A stretch of DNA of 64,000 bases from a virus: positions 69,289-133,288 of IMG/VR virus record IMGVR_UViG_3300029564_000003. One strand, written 5' to 3'. The notes beneath the pieces were generated by a model that saw only the letters and a program-made list of their open reading frames with translations, had not been told where the DNA came from and searched no databases. This document shows, in pieces, positions 57,033 through 64,000 of this stretch (position 1 is its first letter; each line of letters begins with the position of its first letter). Both the position numbers and the translations under genes were made by a program.

Positions 57033-58535
57033 GTGACGTTCAGACATATGGCCGAGAAGAATAAGGCAAATCCCGTAGATGAATACAGGGTGCAGATTGC
57101 CAAGGAGATTATCTCTCAGACAGCCAATATCGAAGGTCAGATTGTATGTTGTATCTACAATGAGCCGAGTTTGCTCTATGAGTTGAACCTCACGCTCAAT
57201 GACTTCCATACGAACACTTGGCGCGTTTATTTCGAGATAGCCCGTGCGCTTGTCGTCGATGAGCGCAAAGAGGTAATCAATGATATCGAGGTCGGACTGT
57301 ATCTTAATCGACACGATAAGCTCAAGAAGGAATATACCGAGAGCGGTGGCTACGATGTAATTGATGAGCTTAAGAACTACACTGAGCGTGACAACCTAGA
57401 TTCATATATCTCCACGCTCAACAAGTGGAATGCCGTATTGCAACTTATCAAGAATGGATTCGTCGTAACAGAAGCCGATAAGAAGAAATTCGAGGATATG
57501 TCGCTTGACGATATCCACGACTGGTATATGCTCAAGTTCGGCAAGGTTTTCATTGATACGGATGAGAATATCCATAAGTACAATGGATATGAAGGAATGA
57601 AGGAGCTTGTCGATAAGCTTGACGAGGGCGAGGGTGGAGGCATACCGTTTCACAACTGCCCATTGCTCAACGATGAGACTGGCGGACTGATGCCAGGAAG
57701 TATCACTGGCATCGGTGGTAGTTCTGGCGCAGGTAAGTCAACCTTGGCTGTCAACTATATCTTCCCAACCGTGACGCAAGAGAACCTTAAAGCTTTGTTC
57801 ATCATCAATGAGGAAGATGAGACGAAATTCAAGAAAGAAGCCCTCATTTGGTATTGTAACAATGATGACGGTATGCAATCTAAGCTTAAAGGTAAGCGGA
57901 TTACAAAGAAGATGCTGCGCAAAGGCAACTTCGATGACGATGTGAAACAGGCTTTATATGACGCTTCAGCATGGTACGACAGTATCAAAGAGAAACAGAA
58001 CATCACCATCATTCCTCTTGAACAGTACAAGGCTTGCACTGTAATCAAGCTTCTCAAGCAGTACACCAAGATGGGGTGGGATATCATCGTGCTCGATACG
58101 CTCAAGGAGAGCGCTGATTCTCGCGATAAGGAAGCGTGGAAATCGATGATGAATGATTGCGTCGGATTCTATGATGTAATCAAGCACAGCAATACCGCCA
58201 TGGTAATCACGTACCAGCTTGTGAAGAACCGCAGCCGCTATCTGAGCAGTGCAGACATCGGTGTGTCCAAGGGAATCTTGGATGTGTTTTCACTCAACTT
58301 GTTTTTCCGCAGACCGTTTCAAGACGAACTTGAGGGTAAAAACGTGTACTTGTGGCAGGTTGGCAATAATGGCAGCACGCTCCCAAAGAGCTTTGAGGAG
58401 AATGTTGATTATATGATTTGCTTCATTAGCAAGAACCGATTCGGCAGGTCTAATATCCAGATAGCAAGTGAAGCCGATTTCTCAGTCAACCGTTATCAAG
58501 ACTATGCTTATTGTACTATCCCACAGGACTTCTAA
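57033..58535 (+). CDS. dnaB: DnaB-family replicative helicase
   Basis: Walker A GIGGSSGAGKSTLAV, Walker B IIVLDTL, plus a DnaB-like N-terminal helical domain; start may be the ATG at 57048. Confidence 0.6.
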   Translation: MTFRHMAEKNKANPVDEYRVQIAKEIISQTANIEGQIVCCIYNEPSLLYELNLTLNDFHTNTWRVYFEIARALVVDERKEVINDIEVGLYLNRHDKLKKEYTESGGYDVIDELKNYTERDNLDSYISTLNKWNAVLQLIKNGFVVTEADKKKFEDMSLDDIHDWYMLKFGKVFIDTDENIHKYNGYEGMKELVDKLDEGEGGGIPFHNCPLLNDETGGLMPGSITGIGGSSGAGKSTLAVNYIFPTVTQENLKALFIINEEDETKFKKEALIWYCNNDDGMQSKLKGKRITKKMLRKGNFDDDVKQALYDASAWYDSIKEKQNITIIPLEQYKACTVIKLLKQYTKMGWDIIVLDTLKESADSRDKEAWKSMMNDCVGFYDVIKHSNTAMVITYQLVKNRSRYLSSADIGVSKGILDVFSLNLFFRRPFQDELEGKNVYLWQVGNNGSTLPKSFEENVDYMICFISKNRFGRSNIQIASEADFSVNRYQDYAYCTIPQDF

Positions 58536-58592
58536 CATTTCTGTGTTATGATATAAGGCACCATATATTCGCTTTAAAGGAGGGCGCGTTCA

Positions 58593-59675
58593 ATGGATGT
58601 CCAATCTCTAAAATCATACATATATGAGAACGGCAAGATTGAACGTGTCCTCGATGAGCTTGGGTGCCACAACATACGGCACAATGAAGGGCGCGGTTAT
58701 TATGCCGCGACCATGCCAGACGGCGACAATCCAAGTGGAGTTGTCGTATCAGATAATAAATGGCTCGACTTCAGAAGCTATTCACGAGGCATCGGACTCG
58801 ATGACCAACAGGATATAATCAACCTGATTCAAATCGTGTTGGATATTGGTTTCGTAGATGCAATCAAGTGGTTGCATTCGCTATTTGATTTGGAATTCAT
58901 TCCATATGTCAAAGAAGTGAGACCGCCAAAGGAACATTGTCTGCAAACATTCAGAGATATCAAGGATGCTCGCGGTGCCGTAATTGATGCGTCTGAAATC
59001 AGGGAGATATCCGAAGAGGCTTTTGATGATTACACGCCGATACTTCATATCGACTGGTTCAGAGAAGGAATCATGCCTTGGGCTGCTGACAAGTTCGAGC
59101 TGTGCTATTCGTATAAACATAAGAGAATGGTGATACCTCTAAGATATTGGGCTGATGGTAGGCTGCTCGGATTTAACCAGCGTACTATGATTGACAACTA
59201 CAAAGAGCTTGGAGTCTCGAAATACTTCATCACTCCATCTTACAGGAAAGGTGTGAACCTGTATGGATTGTGGGAGAACAAGGATGAAATCGAGAAGGCC
59301 AAGCGTGTAGTCGTGGTAGAATCTGAGAAGTCCGTGCTCAAACGGTTCTCACACGGAGACCCGACATGCGTCGCACTGCAAGGTAAGACCATGACATATG
59401 AACAGATGAGAATCATACGCGGACTTAACGTCAACGAGGTAATCATCGCTCTCGACAAAGATGTTGATATCAATGATGTCAGATGTATGTGCGATAAGTT
59501 TTATAAGGCAGTCAAAGTGTCTTATGTAAGGGATGACTTCGATTACATGGGCGATAAAGATAGTCCGTGCGATTGTCATAACTGGCAATACGAAGAGCTT
59601 ATAGATAATAGAGTTGAGTACGGTAAGCGTGAGCATGAGGCGTATCAGCGCTTCATCGGGAAAGGTATGGTATAA
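58593..59675 (+). CDS. dnaG: DnaG-type DNA primase (zinc-binding + Toprim)
   Basis: Toprim motifs VVVVESEKSVL (E) and IIALDKDVD (DxD); N-terminal Cys/His cluster. Confidence 0.55.
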   Translation: MDVQSLKSYIYENGKIERVLDELGCHNIRHNEGRGYYAATMPDGDNPSGVVVSDNKWLDFRSYSRGIGLDDQQDIINLIQIVLDIGFVDAIKWLHSLFDLEFIPYVKEVRPPKEHCLQTFRDIKDARGAVIDASEIREISEEAFDDYTPILHIDWFREGIMPWAADKFELCYSYKHKRMVIPLRYWADGRLLGFNQRTMIDNYKELGVSKYFITPSYRKGVNLYGLWENKDEIEKAKRVVVVESEKSVLKRFSHGDPTCVALQGKTMTYEQMRIIRGLNVNEVIIALDKDVDINDVRCMCDKFYKAVKVSYVRDDFDYMGDKDSPCDCHNWQYEELIDNRVEYGKREHEAYQRFIGKGMV

Positions 59676-59677
59676 AC

Positions 59678-59890
59678 ATGAAGGTGTATTTCCAGAACAG
59701 CAAGGGGAAAGAGCTGCTTTTGGCAGAGGTTGAAAACAGCGATGATGCCGAATCCGTAATCAAGCATTTCTTGAATGAGCGGGATTATGTCGCTCCTTAT
59801 ATGCGTCGTTGGATGCAGGATAAGGACGGCAAGACGCGCGTCTACACCGATTTCGGTAGCCATACCGAGTTCATTATCGTCGAATATTAG
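59678..59890 (+). CDS. hypothetical protein (70 aa)
   Basis: Start overlaps the primase stop. Confidence 0.45.
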   Translation: MKVYFQNSKGKELLLAEVENSDDAESVIKHFLNERDYVAPYMRRWMQDKDGKTRVYTDFGSHTEFIIVEY

Positions 59891-59904
59891 AGGAGAAGAT
59901 AGAT

Positions 59905-60351
59905 ATGTTTATGTGCAAGGCTTGTGGTGAGCTGTTTGATGGCGCGTACAGTCGATGCCCGAAGGCTTCGTGTAACGGAGGTTACGAGGAGGCGGAGGGC
60001 GCGGGTAATGACATCATTTATGTTGACGATGCTTTCGCGCCTGTAATTCAGATGTTGCATAAGAAGGGTTATGAGATTGCGTCTTCTGAGTTTGGCAACT
60101 CAGTCAACTGTCTGCGCGGATGTCCCGAGATTCGTTTCGATGACATCTTGCTGGATATCTTGGGAGAGAACGTACTTGAGTGTGCATTTGCCGACGTTCC
60201 TTCTCCTTGGACTTACGGTGTTTACAATGGTCATCCTATGCTAACCGCATTTATCTTCGAAACAGACCCAGTTGAGCGTTATCATATGTTCCTTATGGCA
60301 CATGCCGCACTTGCAGATTGGGCGAATGAGGTAAATGAGCTTGAATATTAG
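59905..60351 (+). CDS. zinc-ribbon protein (148 aa)
   Basis: CKACG...CPKASC. Confidence 0.45.
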   Translation: MFMCKACGELFDGAYSRCPKASCNGGYEEAEGAGNDIIYVDDAFAPVIQMLHKKGYEIASSEFGNSVNCLRGCPEIRFDDILLDILGENVLECAFADVPSPWTYGVYNGHPMLTAFIFETDPVERYHMFLMAHAALADWANEVNELEY

Positions 60352-60361
60352 GAGGGGTTAG

Positions 60362-61540
60362 ATGGCTCGGCTTTCTTTTGAGCAGCTGAATGAGATTAAA
60401 GAGATGTATGACGTTGACAGACTATGGTCTTACAGTCGCGTATCAACGTATATGACCAGTCAATATGAGTATTATTTGAAGTACGTCAAGCGTGAGAAGG
60501 AAGACCGTACAGATTGCGCATATGCCAGTCTTGGTACGATTTGCCACGACACCCTCGATGATTATTATGAGGGAAAGATTGAGTATGATGATATGCTCGG
60601 TCAGTTCGAAGACGGTTGGATGGTTGCGGTCGATGTATCTGGTCTCAAACTAGACCGAAACGATGCGGAACACGATAAGCAGTTGAAGGCAAAATATAAG
60701 GAATGTATCGAACACTTCTTCAAGAACCACGTCAGATACAAGCACAAGCTTCTTATTGAGAAGCCTATTACGGCTAAACTTGGCAAGAACGCATTTATCG
60801 GATATATCGATGCCATGTTCAAAGATGATGACGATGTGTGGAACATCGTAGATTTCAAGACCAGCTCAAAGTATTCTGGTAAATCACTTGAGGAGCATTC
60901 TGGACAGTTGATTACATATGCTGTTGGTATGAATCAAAAGGGTGTTCCATTCGACAAAATCAAGTGTTGCTTCAACTTCCTCAAGTACTGCGATATTCAG
61001 TATACTCAGGCAAATGGCAAGACGAAGACCCGCCAGGTTGAGCGTTGCAAGATTGGCGAATCACTTCAGACGAATGCGCGTATGTGGCTCAAGAAGCTCG
61101 GTTACGAGGATGAGACAGACAATTATCTGATGGAGCTTGCAAGCTCAAATAGCATCGATGTGCTGCCATATGATGTTCGCGAGAAGTATGTAATCTCTGA
61201 CTGCTTTGTGTATGTTCCTTTAACAGAAGAGCTTATCAACCGTTGGATTGATGATATCATCAACACCATTGATGAGATTGAATCCAAGGAGTATGAGTAC
61301 AAGCAGACGCATGACGAGATGCTGTTCTGGGATAGTGATGAAAACCTCAAGTCTCAGAGCTATTATTTCGCCACGCTTATGGGATATTCGCCTAAGAAGC
61401 ATAAGCCTTATGGCAAGTATCTCGACGAGCTTGACAAGAAGAACAATTGTGATTTCCTATTCATGCCGAAGAATAATGTCAATGTAGAGACAAGCAACGA
61501 CGATGACGATGATTTGTCCTGGTTGGATTCACTTGTATAA
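60362..61540 (+). CDS. PD-(D/E)xK nuclease (RecB/Cas4-like exonuclease)
   Basis: GYIDAMF...WNIVDFKTS (D...D/E-x-K) and QLITYAV (QxxxY) motifs. Confidence 0.5.
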   Translation: MARLSFEQLNEIKEMYDVDRLWSYSRVSTYMTSQYEYYLKYVKREKEDRTDCAYASLGTICHDTLDDYYEGKIEYDDMLGQFEDGWMVAVDVSGLKLDRNDAEHDKQLKAKYKECIEHFFKNHVRYKHKLLIEKPITAKLGKNAFIGYIDAMFKDDDDVWNIVDFKTSSKYSGKSLEEHSGQLITYAVGMNQKGVPFDKIKCCFNFLKYCDIQYTQANGKTKTRQVERCKIGESLQTNARMWLKKLGYEDETDNYLMELASSNSIDVLPYDVREKYVISDCFVYVPLTEELINRWIDDIINTIDEIESKEYEYKQTHDEMLFWDSDENLKSQSYYFATLMGYSPKKHKPYGKYLDELDKKNNCDFLFMPKNNVNVETSNDDDDDLSWLDSLV

Positions 61541-61543
61541 GGA

Positions 61544-61801
61544 GTGCGTATGAACGTTGAAGAGATTCCGCAGAATCAGGCGGATAACTTGGTTGAGATT
61601 ATCGACGGGTATATGGTCAAAGGCGGACATCACATCAATGTGAATGTATTTGACCGTGAGACGCTTATTGATGCTCAGAAGCATCCTGAGAAGTATCCTC
61701 AACTCACTATACGTGTATCGGGATATTGCGTGGCGTTCAATAACCTCACCAAGGAACAGCAAGACGAGGTTATCGCTCGCACGTTCCATGAAAATATGTA
61801 A
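61544..61801 (+). CDS. grcA: autonomous glycyl-radical cofactor (GrcA/YfiD-like; PFL C-terminal domain mimic)
   Basis: [59 protein letters not shown] aligns nearly residue-for-residue with the GrcA/PFL glycine-radical motif RVSGY. Confidence 0.85.
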   Translation: MRMNVEEIPQNQADNLVEIIDGYMVKGGHHINVNVFDRETLIDAQKHPEKYPQLTIRVSGYCVAFNNLTKEQQDEVIARTFHENM

Positions 61802-61904
61802 AATATGAATAATGTATGTAGGCTTGTTTACTTAGTAAGCGAGTCTACATACTGCTAACTATATATGCTATAAATATATGACATGACGAAAAGGAGATTG
61901 CCTT

Positions 61905-62198
61905 ATGTTTGGATTTACAGTAGAGGACATTCTCACTGGGCAATTCGAGATATTCGAATGCACGATTGAGATTGATGTTGCGGGTAACATTCATCGCAAC
62001 ACGGTACAGGCACCTCGTATTTTAATACAACAAGACTTCTTGCGGCTTGTACAACAGGCTGTTAATGATAATAAGCCTGTAAAGGTAAAATTGAGCAGGA
62101 TGGTTGAGTGTGAAAACGATTGGACTGGCGAAGTTAAATTGAGGGAGGCCAGTGTTGCGTTTATGAACAGGTCATATGTTGATAATGTGGGAGTGTAG
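61905..62198 (+). CDS. hypothetical protein (97 aa)
   Basis: AAAAGGAGATTGCC RBS. Confidence 0.5.
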   Translation: MFGFTVEDILTGQFEIFECTIEIDVAGNIHRNTVQAPRILIQQDFLRLVQQAVNDNKPVKVKLSRMVECENDWTGEVKLREASVAFMNRSYVDNVGV

Positions 62199-62990
62199 AT
62201 GTTTCAGATTTACAATGACGACTGTCTAAATGTGTTGAAAGACATGGACGATAATTGTATTGATTTGACGGTTACATCACCACCATATGACAAGCTTAGG
62301 AAATACAACGGCAGTATCGAACAGTGGAGCTTTGATAAGTTCATGGATATCGCGCATGAGCTTTACAGGGTGACTAAAGACGGCGGTGTCGTTGTATGGA
62401 TTGTCAATGATTCTACTGTCAACGGAAGTGAGACTGGCACGTCGTTTAAACAGGCATTGTATTTCATCGAGTGTGGGTTTAGGTTATATGACACTATGAT
62501 TTGGGAGAAGCCGAGTCCAGCTGCGCCAACGCAAGATAGATATTACGACGTGTTCGAGTATATGTTCGTGTTCTCAAAGGGCAAACCAAAGTCGATACAT
62601 CTGCTTGAAGACAGAAAGAACAAGTCTGCTGGTACAAAGTCGCATAGGGAGACGAGGTCGTGCAGGGAAGACAGAAAGATTAAAGAAGAGATGCGTACTG
62701 TGAAGGAATACGGCAGAAGGTTCAATGTGTGGCATGTGTCCAGAGGTTTGAACAAGACGAAGCACCCAGCTGTATTCCCAGAGCAACTTGCGCAAGACCA
62801 CATTCTGTCTTGGAGCAACGAGGGCGACGTTGTCCTAGACCCGTTCATGGGGAGCGGCACCACTGGCAAGATGGCATTGTTGAATAATAGAGATTTTGTA
62901 GGCTGCGAGATAGATTCGGATTATTACGATATTGCGTATGATAGAATCTTAGATTGTCAATTGGAAAAGTGCGTAGATAGGTTGGTGTAG
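62199..62990 (+). CDS. DNA methyltransferase, beta-class (N4-cytosine or N6-adenine), SPPY motif
   Basis: Motif IV TSPPY near the N-terminus and motif I VLDPFMGSGTTG near the C-terminus. Confidence 0.7.
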   Translation: MFQIYNDDCLNVLKDMDDNCIDLTVTSPPYDKLRKYNGSIEQWSFDKFMDIAHELYRVTKDGGVVVWIVNDSTVNGSETGTSFKQALYFIECGFRLYDTMIWEKPSPAAPTQDRYYDVFEYMFVFSKGKPKSIHLLEDRKNKSAGTKSHRETRSCREDRKIKEEMRTVKEYGRRFNVWHVSRGLNKTKHPAVFPEQLAQDHILSWSNEGDVVLDPFMGSGTTGKMALLNNRDFVGCEIDSDYYDIAYDRILDCQLEKCVDRLV

Positions 62991-63114
62991 TTAAATGGAG
63001 ATGGTAAAAGCAACGGGACAAGGCACATGATTAACATTGCAAAAAACCATAATATAAATACACATGTCATTAAATACAATACAAACGAGTACGGTGATAT
63101 TACAGAGGTTGAAC

Positions 63115-63558
63115 ATGTTTAACGACGAGTCTGATGATATTAAAAATAAATTCGATACAACTGGCAAGGTGTTTGTTGTGTGGTACGACAACGGAGAAGA
63201 GTATGAAGACCATGATGAATGGGTAGATACAGTCTTCTCAACTTATCAAGCTGCTGAGAAGTATCTTGATGGTATCTATGGATACGAACGCAAAACTGTC
63301 GAATATCTAAATGATAAGCATATCGAGTGGCACGTTAAATCGCCATCGTGTCCTATGGATGATAGCGGTGGTAAGATTATATATCGCAACGGCCATCCAA
63401 AATGTTTTAATGGCTGTATTGATTGCCCTAGCCTTAAGTTCAATTCCGATGGAGTAAACACATGTGATAATTTTGAGGATGTTTACAGTGATGTAATTTG
63501 GAATGATGACAACTATTACTATATCGTTGAGTATGATGTATTGGCCGATAAGGAGTAG
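63115..63558 (+). CDS. hypothetical Cys-containing protein
   Basis: GAGGTTGAAC RBS before internal ATG of ORF 63064..63558. Confidence 0.45.
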   Translation: MFNDESDDIKNKFDTTGKVFVVWYDNGEEYEDHDEWVDTVFSTYQAAEKYLDGIYGYERKTVEYLNDKHIEWHVKSPSCPMDDSGGKIIYRNGHPKCFNGCIDCPSLKFNSDGVNTCDNFEDVYSDVIWNDDNYYYIVEYDVLADKE

Positions 63559-63560
63559 AT

Positions 63561-64000
63561 ATGGATAAAGAAACAATCGAAGCTCGTCTTCAAGAGCATC
63601 TTAGCGAGGCTATGGTCAATGAGAATATCTCAGACTGGTTCGTCATCGCATCGAATGGCAGTGTGAACTACGGACTTGACAATGAGGATTCCGATATCGA
63701 CTCCAAGTTGCTCACAGTGCCGAGCCTCAAGAAGCTCATTGAGAACAAGCGCGACAACACCACTTATTTTATGAAAGATAACTGGGAGCACGTCGAGGTA
63801 AAGGATGTTGCGCTCTATATGAACACTATCTTGAAGCAGAACATCAACTTCGTAGAGACGCTGTTCGCAAAGGCAGTTATCGTAAACCCGCGTTACAAGA
63901 ACGACTGGGAGATGCTGTATGAGAATCGCGAGCTTATCGCGCGATACGATACCAAGCGGGCTGTCAAGTGCATGTACGGCATGATGGTTCAGAAGCGCAA
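63561..64000 (+). CDS. Pol-beta-superfamily nucleotidyltransferase, 5' part (truncated by window end)
   Basis: GS...DxD signature: IASNGSVNYGLDNEDSDIDSKLL. Confidence 0.45.
   Translation, partial: MDKETIEARLQEHLSEAMVNENISDWFVIASNGSVNYGLDNEDSDIDSKLLTVPSLKKLIENKRDNTTYFMKDNWEHVEVKDVALYMNTILKQNINFVETLFAKAVIVNPRYKNDWEMLYENRELIARYDTKRAVKCMYGMMVQKR

Overview
The window reads as one contiguous piece of a tailed dsDNA phage or prophage (Caudoviricetes-like), organised in two divergent arms.

**Late module, minus strand (1 to ~18.8 kb).**
- Putative tail, head-tail, major capsid (HK97-like), decoration, prohead protease/scaffold fusion and portal genes.
- A terminase large subunit gene split by a ~1 kb intron carrying a free-standing double-motif LAGLIDADG homing endonuclease.
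- A possible terminase small subunit, a calcineurin-like phosphoesterase and an HU-like DNA-binding protein.
- A 986-aa protein with a DxDGD motif, hypothesised here to be a non-canonical (two-barrel/YonO-like) RNA polymerase.

**Divergent control region (18.8 to 19.8 kb).** Two identical 68-bp perfect palindromes with TATAAT-containing centres, plus GTGACAA iterons.

**Early arm, plus strand.** It begins with a 315-aa protein and a terminator, followed by a 1.7-kb non-coding block (20.8 to 22.6 kb) with GT-rich and CA-rich inverted arms, a tandem duplication, (CCCAAA)n repeats, G-tract clusters and iterons. After that come about 70 mostly small, acidic genes separated by rho-independent terminators and recurring promoter-like repeats. 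Notable content:
- A strand-specific 8-10 nt motif, ACGGAAAAT(C), at least 100-fold over-represented between ~24 and 41 kb, with a motif-dense non-coding array at 25.25 to 26.05 kb.
- Palindromic operators (GTTTCACGTGAAAC; triple GTTAGC...GCTAAC) and a duplicated two-gene cassette.
- A ribbon-helix-helix regulator, two adjacent tyrosine recombinase-like genes and possible DNA-mimic/ArdA-like proteins.
- An SPFH/band-7 protein flanked by tRNA-Leu(TAA) and tRNA-Arg(TCT).
- An AT-rich HNH homing endonuclease.
- A nucleic-acid metabolism/repair cluster: dCMP-deaminase-like, CX5R phosphatase, IscS-like cysteine desulfurase, KxDG RNA ligase-like, FolD and an NDT-like protein.
- A replication/recombination module: SSB-like, RecA-like ATPase, DnaB helicase, DnaG primase and a PD-(D/E)xK nuclease.
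- A GrcA/YfiD-like glycyl-radical cofactor, a beta-class SPPY DNA methyltransferase and a partial nucleotidyltransferase at the window edge.

No DNA polymerase, lysis or tail-fibre genes were recognised inside the window.
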